Positions 25,620 to 39,179 are shown, counted from the first letter of the whole stretch. The stretch: 63,596 bases of DNA, filler included, from Octopus bimaculoides (GCF_001194135.2; 4 parts of 3 records of this genome joined end to end with filler, not necessarily neighbours in it), one strand, 5' to 3'. Made by a program: numbers and translations. The notes: generated by a model from the letters alone, not told the origin.

Positions 25620-25860
25620 TGATGATGATAATATGAAAAGTATCTGGTCAGGGATCTCATCACAGGCATGTAAGTCCTTCCAAGTTCAGTTCCTGTAATT
25701 TGAGTAACGTTCTTTGTGTAACATGTAGTTGAGCATTGTCTTGCAAAGCAATTGGCTTCAGAAGGGAAGCTAGGAGACAGGTTCATTTAGCCAGAGGGGA
25801 AGCAGATAAGAACAAATTTGCCAATGTTCTGCGCCGTGAGGACCAAAGACTTGGTCCTCA
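25620..25860 (+). mobile_element. RTE LINE fragment, region upstream of RT
   Basis: REARRQVHLARGEADKNKFANVLRREDQR; assignment from recalled similarity. Confidence 0.6.
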
Positions 25861-27965
25861 TGTCCCAATTTTCTGTATATTTATTTTATTTCAGATACTG
25901 ATGTCATGCAACTGGTACCCACGCCGGTGGCATGTAAAAGCATCCATTACATTCTCGGAGTGGTTGGCATTAGGAAGGGCATCTAGCTGTAGAAACCATG
26001 CCAAATCAGACTGGAGTCTGGTGCAGTCCCTCAGCTTACCAGCCCTGGTCAAGCCATCCAACCCATACCAACATGGACAATGGATGTTAAATGATGATGA
26101 TGATGGTGATGATGATGATGGTGTATTATTTGATGTTCTACTTTAATGTTTGGATCAGTTGAGACAATAACATTTGTTTAGATCACTTTATGTTTTAAGT
26201 AGGAACCAACAGCAATGGTATGTGAGCACATGAAGATGGTTAGAAAGAATTCTGCAGAAAAACGATTGTATTTTCTTGTTTTAAAAGGAGAAAAAATATA
26301 TCAACTGAAATGAGAATGAACAAAAGTGAAATTTTTTAAAGTCACGACCATAATAGATACAACGACACGGAGAGGAGCAGAGTTGCAAGACAAATAGTAT
26401 GAGGGGAGATTGAACCAATTTAGGTCTGTAAATATAAATAGACGGGTGTGTGTGTATACACACATATATATATATACATACATATATGTGTGTGTGTATG
26501 TATGTATACATATATATGATGTATATAAATATATATCTATGATATATAAATATATGCACACATGTATACATGTGTATGTATGCATATATATATATATATA
26601 TACACACACAAACATATAAGCATATGCATATATATAGATGCAGACATATACATATGTGTATGTGCAGGTACGCATATGTGTGTGTGTGTGTTTGTATGAA
26701 TATATATATATATACTTATAAATACGTATATGCATGTGTATATTCATATAGACACGTACATGAGTGTGTAATTATATATATATATAGAGAGAGAGATATA
26801 TATGTATATACAAATATATATGTATATATATGTGTGTATATATANNNNNNNNNNNNNNNNNNNNNNNNNNNNNNNNNNNNNNNNNNNNNNNNNNNNNNNN
26901 NNNNNNNNNNNNNNNNNNNNNNNNNNNNNNNNNNNNNNNNNNNNNNNNNNNNNNNNNNNNNNNNNNNNNNNNNNNNNNNNNNNNNNNNNNNNNNNNNNNN
27001 NNNNNNNNNNNNNNNNNNNNNNNNNNNNNNNNNNNNNNNNNNNNNNNNNNNNNNNNNNNNNNNNNNNNNNNNNNNNNNNNNNNNNNNNNNNNNNNNNNNN
27101 NNNNNNNNNNNNNNNNNNNNNNNNNNNNNNNNNNNNNNNNNNNNNNNNNNNNNNNNNNNNNNNNNNNNNNNNNNNNNNNNNNNNNNNNNNNNNNNNNNNN
27201 NNNNNNNNATATTATTATTATTATTATCATCATTATTATTACTATAATTGTTGTTGCTGTTGCTGTTGTACAGAAATGTACTGAAATGAAACTAATTCAT
27301 TATTGTGAATAGAAAATTAATGAAATTTCCATTCATTTTGTTTGTCCAGCTGCTTTTTTCAGCTTCTTTGTATGCAACGCTGTCACAATTATTCTAAAAT
27401 TATGCTACAAGTGGCAGACCGTATGTTTTTCGCTGATGTCGAGCCATTCAATGCAGCATGCGTTTTGCTTTTCTGCCTGTGCCGCACAAGGCCCGGCTGC
27501 ATGGCAGGTATAGGCGCAGGCGTGGTCATGTAGTAAGAAGCCTCCTTCCCAACCACATGCTTTCAGGTTCAGTCCCCCTGCATGGCACCTTGAGTGTCTT
27601 TTTCTATAACCTCAGGTCAACCAAAGCCTTGTGAGTGGGTTTGGTAGATGGAAAGTGAAAGAAGCCCATTGTATGTATGTATGTATATAGAAGTGTGTGT
27701 GTGTATAGAGCATGTATACGTAAAGAGCACCGTTCAAGCAGTAGGCCTCACAGAGGCAAAGTGGCTTAGTTCCTCTCGAGTGTTGGTCCTCATGGAGGCG
27801 GAATGGCTGAGTTCCTTTTTGAGTGTTGGGCCTCATGGTGGCAATGACCAAGACCTTTGACATTATGTCGTGCTGGAGAAGAAGACCCATCAAGTTGAAC
27901 AAAATCAGAGTTGTGGCAGATACCAAATGGCACCCATGCTGGTGGCACATAAAAACACCCACTGG

Positions 27966-28046
27966 GGGAAATTTTGAAACTGGGTTCTCATTCCTAAGGT
28001 ATTTTTCGATGTTATTATTATTATTATGAATAATAATAATAATAAT

Positions 28047-28101
<55 letters not shown>

Positions 28102-28146
28102 TCAAAAAATACCTTAGGAATGAGAACCCAGGTTCAAAATTTTCCC
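27966..28146. repeat. Inverted repeat enclosing an (att)/(aat)n microsatellite (MITE-like)
   Basis: gggaaattttgaaactgggttctcattcctaaggtatttttcgatgttatt... pairs with ...aataacatcaaaaaataccttaggaatgagaacccaggttcaaaatttccc. Confidence 0.88.
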
Positions 28147-28524
28147 AAGACACATTGTGTTAACAACAAGCAGGATGAGAACAAATATCCGTAAATGATT
28201 GTATTTTTGCTTTTGTTAAATACAATATTTTAATGATTTAGAAATATTTTTAAGTGAATGTGATTTCAGAAATATAAGTTGTTTGTACAGTAAGTATTTA
28301 TATTTTAGCTTTCTTTAAACAAACAATATTTTAATGTTTTTTAAAATTATTTTCAAGTGAATACCATTACAAAAATTTCTTTTGGCATATTTTAAAATTA
28401 TTCTAAAGTGAAAATGACTTTAGAAATACGGTAAATATTTCGTAAAAGACCCATTAGTAACCTCAGTATGAAATAGTTTTTTTCCATAGGTTTTTTCGAG
28501 TGCATTCAACGTATCTCACCGGTC

Positions 28525-28643
28525 AAAGATTTGGCTGTTATTTCTAACACGCCCTGCTACTAAGTAACAGCTATATGCGATAAAGAACCTGAAATGCCTG
28601 TTACATGGCAGCAGGGCGTGCAAGAAATAGCAGCCAATTCTTT
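28525..28643. other. Imperfect hairpin (about 46-bp stem, 27-nt loop)
   Basis: aaagatttggctgttatttctaacacgccctgctactaagtaacag / ctgttacatggcagcagggcgtgcaagaaatagcagccaattcttt. Confidence 0.85.
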
Positions 28644-29149
28644 CCTTTTCTGGGGAAAGGAGCCATTTACGTGTGATTTCGATGTCACATTTGTTGAAAG
28701 CATGCAAAATAACCTGGAAGAGAACAAAAACCTACAAAACAAAACTCCATTGCTGGGAAACACAGTGTTTCCTGGTGACTCAACAGGTCACAAGTAGTCT
28801 AGTATATATATATATTTTTCCTTCTCTGAGCATCTTATTAATACATTACTTGTGCCATGTCCAAATGTTTGTATTTTCTTTTTCTCTGTGTTTTTTTTTA
28901 ATTATATACTTATGTATGTATGTATGTGTATATGACTGGCTTCTCTCAGTTTCTGTTACAAGGCTTTGGTCAGCCCAGAGCAATAAGTAGAAGACACTTG
29001 CCCAAGGTGTCATATAGTGAGACTGAACCCAGAACCATGTGGTTGGGAAGTAAACTTCTAACCACACAGTTACATTTTTTATATTTATTTATCTAATATA
29101 TGCATGTGTTTATATATTTGTTACCTCTTAAGCAGTCTCAGAGAAAGAA

Positions 29150-29184
<35 letters not shown>

Positions 29185-29695
29185 GAAAGAGAAACAGAGC
29201 AAGTGGGGGAGATGGAGGAGAGAGAAAGAATTTGTAATTTTATTCTAGGAACTCCCAAGTATTTCATCGTATTAGAATTACTAATTAAAAATTCCAGTTA
29301 TTGTAAGACACCTGGTGATTGCAAGACCAGCTGTTTTCTAATGTATTTTAAATGGATACACTTTCCACTAAAATAAAACAATTTAAAAGCTTTCCAAATT
29401 AATATATTAACTCTAGAAAGCCCATCGATCCATCAATCCATTGATTCATCCCTTTCTGCTGGTCAATATTCCTGTGAAGCTTATTGGGGCAGAATCTCAA
29501 GTCACCTCCTCCACAGGGTTCTATAAGAAGCAAACATCATGAGACTTTCTGGCTAGATTCCCATGCATGACTAATTGCAACAATGGATATTATGCAGCCA
29601 TCTCTTTCTTGATCTAACCCTAGGTCATCTGCCAGTGCAGTTTGAAGAATTCATCTTGCAATTCTTTCCCACGGTATTCTTACACACATCTGTTA

Positions 29696-30766
29696 CATGC
29701 CAGGGGGAAGAACTAGAAGTAGTTGGTAACTTCCGTTACCTAGGTGGCCGTGTCAGTGGCTGGGGTGGATACTCTGAGAGTGTAGCTGCTAGAATAAGAA
29801 TAGCCTGGGCAAAGTTCAGAGAGCTCTTACCTCTGCTGGTGACAAAGGGCCTCTCGCTCAGAGTAAAAGGCAGACTGTATGACGCATGTGTACGCACAGC
29901 TATGCTACATGGCAGTGAAACATGGGCTGTGACTGCTGAGGACATGCATAAGCTTGCAAGGAAGGAAGCTAGTATGCTCCACTGGATGTGTAATGTCATT
30001 GTGCATACACGACAGTGTAAGTGGCCTGAGAGAAAAGTTGGACATAAGAAGCATCAGATGTGGTGTGCAAGAGAGACGACTGCACAAGTATGGTCATGTG
30101 TTGCGTATGGATGAGGACAGCTGTGTGAAAATGTGTCACACCCTAGCAGTAGAGGGAACCTGTGGAAGAGGTGGACGCAGGAAGGCCGGGGATGAGGTGT
30201 TGAAGCACAACCTTCGAACATTGGGCCTCATGGTGGTGATGACAAGTGACTGAGACCTTTGGAGATATACTGTGCTTAAGATGACCCAGCAAGCCAAGTG
30301 AGACCGTAACCATGGCCTATGCCAGTGCTGTATAACCAGCCCATTTAAGAGTACCCTTCAATCGTTGGGCAATAAACTTTGCTTGCAAAGACCTGCTGAG
30401 TCAAGTGAAGTCATTGTCGTAGCCGATGACAATACCGCCTGATTGGCATCCATGCTGGTGGCACGTAAAAAGCACCATTCAAGCGTGGTTGATGCCATGT
30501 CGGCTGACTGGTCCCATGCTGGTGGCATATAAAAAGCACCATTTAAGCGTGGTCGATGCCAGTACCGCCTGAATGGCCCTCATGCCCGTGGCATGTAAAA
30601 GCACCCACTACACTCTCAGAGTGGTTGGCGTTAGGAAGAGCATCCAGCTGTAGAAACCATGCCATATCAGATTGAAACCTGGTGCAACTCCCCAGCTTAC
30701 CAGTTTTCAGTGAAACCATCCAACCCATACCAGCATGGAAACCGGACGTTAAATGATGATGATGAT
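29696..30766 (+). mobile_element. 5'-truncated RTE LINE with complete 3' end
   Basis: LEVVGNFRYLG...ARIRIAWAKFRELLPLL...LRVKGRLYDACVRTAMLHGSETW...RRLHKYGHVLRM, then a 3' UTR ending ggacgttaaa(tga)n. Confidence 0.92.
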
Positions 30767-31664
30767 CGAATGGCTATGAGGACCAAGAGAGCAAAATAGG
30801 AATCAAAAGGATCCAAAAACAAAAATGGTTGAGAACCACTGGTGCAAACCTTTCAATGCAGTACCCCAGCATGGCCACAGTCCAATAACTAAAACAAGTA
30901 GAAAGACGAAAGAACGAAGATATACATTCCTAAAATTGTGAACTACCATTAAATTAAAGTATGGGTTAGTCGATGTCAGACTTAACATCTGATACTTTTA
31001 CTCTTGTGACCGAATAAGTCAGAAGGTTGGCTCTTTTGCTTGCAGTGCAGTACACAATAAACAAAAGCCAATAATTTTCTTTGAAATTTCTGGCACTACA
31101 AATTGAAATCTTGTTACTATTACAAAGAACAATACAGACGACTTAACCTCAAAGATCTTTAATAGAGACTGATATTATATTAAAATTGTAAAAAAGAAAC
31201 GGCAATTATCACTGAGTTAAAAATAAAAATAAAGAGAGTAAAAAGAAAAAAAAAAGCTATATATATTCGTGAATCAAATAAAAAAACACAGACAGGAACA
31301 GAAGACAGCTGTAAACCTGTGTCATAAATTTTACAAACACAGTGTTTGGAAATTACTGCCAATTAATTAGTAAATATTTATGAGATATACGTTTTTTTCT
31401 TTCTTTTTTTGGGTGTGGGGGAAGAATTTATAATTATATAATTAGTATTTATTTAAACCCCCTGAGAAATTATCTTCAATATTTCAGTTTTTCTCAAAGA
31501 TTTCAAGTTGTTGAATGGAAATTAACCAAAGGCAATTCCGCCATGGTGTCATTGTTCTTTGGTAACAATAATATAGTTGATCTTTCCCTTGGTATCAGTA
31601 TTTTTTGCCTTTTTTTGTATTTTCTGCTGATGTTATTCTTTTTATGTTTTTACTTATTCCATTC

Positions 31665-31830
31665 GTTCATTGGACTGTGGCCATGTTGGAGCACTATCAG
31701 ACAATTCTATCGGTGTCTTTTACTGAGCCCCTAAATTGGACTGTGGCCATGCTGGAGCACTATCAGACAATTCTATCAGTGTCTTTGGCTGAGCCCCTAA
31801 ATTGGACTGTGGCCATGTTGGAGCACTATC
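31665..31830. repeat. 66-bp tandem triplication within a SINE copy
   Basis: attggactgtggccatgttggagcactatcagacaattctatcggtgtcttttactgagcccctaa, about 2.5 units. Confidence 0.85.
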
Positions 31831-32479
31831 GAAAAATTTTCACACACACCCACTGTGCTTATTTTCATTTAAGCCTTGTATTTATTCTATCGGTGACTTT
31901 TGCTGAGCCCCTAATTTATAGGGACATAAACAAACCAGCACTGGTTGCCAAACAGTGCTGCTGGAAGTGGGCAAGCACAAACACAAAGACTCACTCACAT
32001 GGATATCCATTATCTTTTATCTTTTACTTGTTCAGTCATTAGGCTGCGGCCATGCTGGGGCACTGCCTTGAAGAACTTTAGTCAAATGAGTCAAATCCCC
32101 AGTGCTTTTGCTTTTGCTTTTAAACTTCGTACTTATTTTATCAGTCTCTTTTGCAGAACTGCTAAGTTACATAGATGTAGTCACACCAACGCTAGTTGTC
32201 AAGTGATGAGGTGGGGGGGGGGACAAACACAGACAGCATCATCATCATTATCACACACACACACATGTGTCATGGGTGCTTTTATGTGCCACCAGCATAG
32301 GTGCCATTTGCATGACGCCGGTATCTGCCATCACACAAAAAACACTCATAGAAATTACTTTTGCTTAAATAAATAAAATAAATAATAATTTTTAAAATGT
32401 ATACATGGTATGCACTGGGAAAGAGGAGACATATGCATAGCATACAGAGGTACAAAATAATAATAATAATAATAATAAT

Positions 32480-32963
32480 AATAATTCTTTCTACTAAGGC
32501 ACAAGGCCCAAAATTTTGAGGGAGAAAGCGAGTCGATTAGATCAACCCCAGTATGCAACTGGTATTTTATTTATCAACCCCGAAAGGATGAAAGGCAAAG
32601 TCGACTTCGGCGGAATTTGAACTCAGAACATAAAGACAGATGAAATACCTCTGAGCATTTTGCCCAGCATGCTAACAATTCTGTCAGAGTGCTGCCTTAA
32701 TGTTGATGATGATGATAATAATAATGATAATAATAATATTAATAATAATTTCTACTATAGGCACAAGGCCTGAAATTTGGGGGGAAGGGGGCTAGTCGAT
32801 TAGATTGATCCCAATGGTCAACTGGTATTTATTTCATCAACCCCAAAAGGATGAAAGGCAAAGTTGATCTCAGTGGAATTTGAACTCAGAACATAATAGA
32901 CAGATGAAATGCCACTAAGCATTTCTCCCAGCATGCTAACAATTCTGCCAGCCTGCTGCCTCA
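32480..32963 (-). mobile_element. Two tandem copies of the same SINE family
   Basis: Same consensus as 2755-4022, separated by an (aat/gat)n tail. Other copies at ~1441-1531, ~10790-10900, ~35440-35520 and ~57510-57700. Confidence 0.85.
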
Positions 32964-32993
32964 ATAATAATTATAATAATAATAATAATAATA

Positions 32994-33089
<96 letters not shown>
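32962..33089. repeat. Compound (aat)n(gat)n microsatellite, representative of dozens in the window
   Basis: Direct reading; (TA)n, (CA)n, (ATT)n, (CAT)n, (TAC)n and (TATC)n arrays occur throughout and flank most N gaps. Confidence 0.98.
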
Positions 33090-33775
33090 GTTCTGAACCC
33101 ACTCTTTGTTCTGTCGTAATTTGTCATAAAAAAAAAAAATAACTCTATTTATACATTCTTTTGAATCTAGGTGTAACCTTTAGAAACAGTGAAATGAGAA
33201 GCATTAAAAAGAAAATGATGATAAATTCTAACTGTTACATCAAGGTTCTAGATTTTGGTCGGAGTTTAAAAAATAGGACTATTGAACAACTTAAGATCAT
33301 CCTCTTCTTCCTCATTATCATTACCACCATCATATCCTCCTCCACATCATCATCATCATCATCATAGTTATCATCAGAAACATCATCATTGTTGTCATAT
33401 TCCGACGCCTGCCTTTCAGTGTTGACCTGGTTGTGGGGCAAGCCTACAGTTGACCTATTGCCATTTTTGTCAATTCTGAATCACCAAATAGTTTTTGTCT
33501 GAATGACTTAGCCGCCTGAGATCACCCTTCACCTAAACCCTTTTCCTGTGTTCCCCTTATTCTAGTCTTTCTCCATCACCAATATCTTATACCCCCAATG
33601 CAGTGGTTCCCAACAAATTTTTACTTATGGGCCCCTGCCATTCCTATTTCACCTGGATGGATCTTCATAACCATTCAATGTTTAAGAAAATCCTATTTTA
33701 TTTTCATAATTAAATATAATTAGGAATCATATTTAAAAATGTTAAAATATTTTGAATATTGTAGACAGGCGTGGC

Positions 33776-34450
33776 TGTCTGGTAAGAAGCTTGCTTCCCA
33801 ACCACATGGTTCTGGGTTCAGTCCCACTGCGTGTCACCTTGGGCAAGTGTCTTCTACTATAGTTTCACGCTAACCAAAGTCTTGTGAGTGGATTTGGTAG
33901 ACAGTACCTATATGCAAGTCTTGTGTGTGAGTGTATATATAGGAGGGGGCACTAAAAGAAAATACAGGTAAAAGAAAATACAGGAGGATTGGTTAATTAT
34001 GATTTTATTGAACATATTCCCCTCTCAGATTCACACACTTATTGCAGTGTTCCTTCAGTTTTTCTAAGCCCCGTAAAAGAACTCAGGAGTTTGGGAGTCC
34101 AAGCAGGCATTTCATGATACCCCTAAAGCCAGGAACTTTTCAGCACCCCCTCATATGCATACATACATACATATATATACATACATACGTATATATTTGT
34201 TTGAGTTTGTGTATGTTTGTGTGTGCATATGCTTGTGTCTCCTTGTCTTCACATCACATGACAGTTATAAACGATTGTCACTGCCATGCAAGGTGTGTCA
34301 TTCCTTTCCTATCCTCTGCAAAAGTATATCCGGTTATGGGGAGATATTCCCTTCTCTGGAAGCAAGTGAGGGTTGGCAACAGGAAGAGCATCAAACTGTA
34401 GAAAATCTGCATCAATAAATTCCATCTGAAGCATGGAAGAACAGAAGTTC
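33776..34450 (+). mobile_element. tRNA-derived CORE-type SINE with RTE-like 3' tail, interrupted by a mariner MITE
   Basis: A-box tggctgtctgg, B-box ggttcagtcc, core ccttgggcaagtgtctt. Head copies also at ~27520-27670(+), ~28930-29065(-), ~13500-13620(-) and ~37875-38030(+). Confidence 0.75.
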
Positions 34451-35003
34451 AAGCAATGATGATTGTGATGATGATGGCAATGACGATGACAATAACAATG
34501 ATGACGGTCTCTGTGAGTCAGGACCATGGACAGATTTGAACCCTGCACTCTAAGTTAGTAAAACTCTTCTTTATCTAATAAAGGTGGAGTGCTGTTATTC
34601 AACTGAACTGAATCTATCGGTTCAACGAAGTACAGAGGTGTTTAATGAGGCATGACCAAAAATTCCAGATAATAAAGGAAGTGATTGTTTTACAACTATC
34701 TCTAATGATCTTTGAGATGTTGGAAGCGAGGGTAAAAAGTCAGTTAATACCTGTGCAGCTTTCACACAGGTAAATTACACCTTGTTGTATCTGATTACAC
34801 CCAGGTGGGCTGTGTCTGCATGAATTAAGTGTTTCCACCTACCCCCACCAAACCACCACCCCATGACAGAGTAGTTGAATGCTGGTTTTATGTAAATACA
34901 AATGTATATTCTGAGTTTTGGGAGGGCCAGTTAATACTTAATTATAGTTCTTTTGTGGATGAGAGATTATATCCCTTTCCTGGATAGGACATTAGTCTAT
35001 ATG

Positions 35004-35041
<38 letters not shown>

Positions 35042-38000
35042 NNNNNNNNNNNNNNNNNNNNNNNNNNNNNNNNNNNNNNNNNNNNNNNNNNNNNNNNNNN
35101 NNNNNNNNNNNNNNNNNNNNNNNNNNNNNNNNNNNNNNNNNNNNNNNNNNNNNNNNNNNNNNNNNNNNNNNNNNNNNNNNNNNNNNNNNNNNNNNNNNNN
35201 NNNNNNNNNNNNNNNNNNNNNNNNNNNNNNNNNNNNNNNNNNNNNNNNNNNNNNNNNNNNNNNNNNNNNNNNNNNNNNNNNNNNNNNNNNNNNNNNNNNN
35301 NNNNNNNNNNNNNNNNNNNNNNNNNNNNNNNNNNNNNNNNNNNNNNNNTGATAAGGCTGGCCTCTTTGAAATACAAGTACAACAGAAACAGGAAGAAAGA
35401 GTGAGAGAAAGTTGTGGTGAAAGAGTATAGCAGGGTCAATAAAATAAGTACCAGTTGCATACTGGGTCCATCTAATCAACTAGCCCCCTTCCTAAAAATT
35501 TCGTGCCTTGTATCTAGAATAGAGAAGTTTATAAACGAAGACAGCTACCAGCGTTGATGCATGAACCAGTAACCTTTTTCACTAACACATAAGTTTACTT
35601 TCAGTCCACACAACTGCAATGCTTGCCATGGCAAATTACTCTTCGAATCAAATATGCTTAATCTTCTAATTACTTTAATATTTCCAGTTTATGTCTTTGT
35701 CCTTTCCTTGAGAGACAACGCTTTACCGAAAACCTGAATTGGCTCACCCCAGATTTTAAAGATGAAATAGCCACAGGGTATGTTGGTAGTATTCTATGTC
35801 AATTGTTAAAGGTTAATAAAAGTCAAATTATATGGGTGTGAGCTTAGTTACTGCAAAATACTAGGAAAAGAAAAGTAGTCATTCACAGTATATATTTTGT
35901 ATAAATCTTTGGTTACAGTCAAATTGTAGACAATGGCTGTTTGTGGGAGACTGAAATGAGAATCAACTGAATATTATAGAAAAATAAGGAAAATTAAACA
36001 TTATCTCGTGAATTAAATGCTGTATGCTTTTAAACATCAATATTACTATTTTTATATATGACAACATGCCACGTAGAATACCAATGGTGCTGGTGTTATG
36101 TAAAAGGTGCTGATAATGGTGCCATGTAAAAAGCAGTGGTGCTGGTGTTATGTAAAAAGCAACCAGTACACACTGTAAAGTGCTTGACCTTAAGAAGGGC
36201 ACCCAGCTGTGGAAACCATACCAAAACAGATAAAGGAGACTGGTGCGGCTACAAGACTGACCAGCTTGTGTCAAGACGTCCAACCCATACCAGCAAGGAA
36301 AACAGATGTTAGCTGATGATGATGGTGAGTGGAGAAATGAAATAAAAAGGCACTCAATGCATTTAGGGGTTACATACTTTTAAAACTAACTTCTAATTTT
36401 CTTATCTTTTCTTTAACATTCTCCAGAACAACACTATGTGCAAAACCAAAATTATGTCACCCTAAGCATAACACCAGCATGAACTTCTAACTTGTTGTCT
36501 CTTGAAGTCTCTGGGTGAATGCTTTTTACATGTCACCAACATGGGCGCCAGCTACATGACATCGGTGTCGGTCATAGCTGTGATTTCACTTGGTTTGACA
36601 AGTCTTCTCAAGCACAGCATATCACTAAAGGTCTCAGTGACTTGTCATCACCTCTGTGGCAGCAGCGCTTGTAATATTGTCATGTAAACTTGAAAAGCAT
36701 AAACAAAACAGAACGGAAAACAAGGATCTCACATGGAAGCATAAAGGACGTATATCTGGTTTCTAAGTTGAGGATAAATTAGAAGTTGTGACATTCATGC
36801 CATTTCCGAGAGCAGCAGAATGTTAAATTAAAGCTGCAGCTAATGACAACAAGAATATAAGAATACAAGAATAGTGAAATGAAACGAATAAAAACAAATA
36901 AGAATATGATATATTGCTTGCTAACTGAATGAAAATTTAATGGCAGTAACATATAAATCAAACTTGAATATGTATATTGTCTGCTAGTTCCGAGTGTGCC
37001 AATAACCATTGACTCGGTTTAATTGGAAACATTTGTGATTCAAATATATACACAATCAAACAGTTGTATATATCATTAGTTCAGATCAAAGGGGAAATTT
37101 CACTGAGTCTTTCTCCAATAATTTATTTTCTAATTCATTCAAAAGAAACAGTTTTGGCTTCTAACCAAAAGAAATAGCTTTGACTTTGTCAGGCTTCCTT
37201 GGTGAATGTAGAACAAATATAAAATAATGTGAAAGATAGAAAAATAAAATGAGATTAAAACGGTTTTAATACAATACACTTGCTTTACTGAAAAACGATG
37301 CTCTCAGAATGGCCTTGACCTTGGAGGCTAACATGAACTAAAGAACTAAAGAGCAGTATGCTTACTTACACATGCCTGTACACATATATATATATACACT
37401 CACACATACATACATACATACATACATACATACATACATGCACAAATGCATGTGTATACACACACATACATTTACAAAAGCATCAACACATACATCCATA
37501 GATGCATACATACACACATACATAGACATACATATACNNNNNNNNNNCAAATGCATGTGTATACACACACATACGTATACAAAAGCATCAACACATCTAT
37601 CCATATATGCATATATACATACATACATGCATACATACATACATAGAGACATACATGTATACACACATCAATCAATACATACATACGTACATACATGTAC
37701 ACATACACACATAAACACGCACACATATTGTACTCATGCACATAAGTATATAGCCATACATGCACATGTACATGCATACACATTCATCCATGTGCACACA
37801 CATACATACACACATATATTTATATACATACTTACATACATAGATACATACATACATAAATGCATATATAGGCACAGGAGTGACTTTGTGGTAAGTCGCT
37901 TGCTTACCAACCACATGGTTCCAGGTTCAGTCCCACTGCATGGCACTTTGGTCAAGTGTCTTCTACTATAGCCTCGGGCCAACCAAAGCCTTGTGAGCAG

Positions 38001-38109
38001 ATTTGATAAACAGAAACTGAAAGAAGCCCGTCGTATATGTATATATATATATATATATATAAGTTACGGGGACTTAAACACACCAACATTGAATGTCAAG
38101 CCCCAGAGC

Positions 38110-38290
38110 TTTATACGTGGCACCAGGAGGCAGGGGGGTTTTATATGTGGAACCAACACGGGCACTTTTCATGTGGCACAAGCATGGGTGCTTTATATGT
38201 GGCACCTGCACAGGTGTTTTATACTTGGCACCAATATGGGTGCTTTATATGTGGCACCGGCACAGATTCTTTTTTACGTGGCACCAACAC
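38110..38290. repeat. About 27-bp tandem repeat derived from the gctggtggcacgtaaaaagcacc motif
   Basis: Repeated ttttatatgtggcaccagcaca units; the same motif is tandemised at ~24720-24815, ~30450-30600 and ~36080-36170. Confidence 0.7.
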
Positions 38291-39179
38291 ATAAAAACAT
38301 AATAATTCTAAGTTCGTCAAAGACAATGCAAGTAGCTTCAAGAGGTCATAGTTGACTCATAACTCAGTATATTCTACAGATTTACTCCTTGATTGTCTCC
38401 GTCAGTATTTCATCATCATCATCATCATCATTTAATGTCTGCTTTCCATGCTGGCATTAGAATATATAATGAATGTATTCAAGAGAGGACCATTATTCAA
38501 TTTAATTTATATTAATTTATCATGAGCAAATCAATACAAGATTTATTGATAAATTAAATTAATAAGTTTCTGTACTACGAGGTGGGGAGGGGTGAATACT
38601 GACATTTTATGCAGGGCTTTGAAGAAAAAAAATAAGAAATATGTTGGGCGGCGGTAGAAAGAATTTGAATAATATCAAGGGAGAAAAATGGTAAGGTAGG
38701 CAATAGATCACTGGCTAGGGACCAAGGATCCCCGCTTTCATCACCACCACCACCATCACCTAAAAAATAAGAGAATGGGAGTGAATGAGAGAGAGGGTAA
38801 GATGTTTTAAGAATATGCATGCCTTTCATTGGTATAGTTAGTGTGTGTGAGCTACCCAGGACAGCCTGTTACTTTGTCCCCTTCAACTATAAATGCTTAT
38901 ACAGCAGCCCCAAAAGGGCCATCGCATAAAAGCACTGCCTGGATTGGACTGCCTTCCTCGACCTCATTCTGCCCCCAGTGAGGCTACCGATGCCTTTGCC
39001 TTCATACATAACGATACATACACACATGTATTAATTTCTTAGAGAAAATAAATGTTGAGATTGCCAGATTCAAAAACTATGTTACAGAAAACATCTCTTC
39101 AATCAATTAATGTTATCCGTAAGTGAATAATTCGACCGTCCAGTTTCGCTCCCCACTATTCCAAAGACGATTTTTGGAG

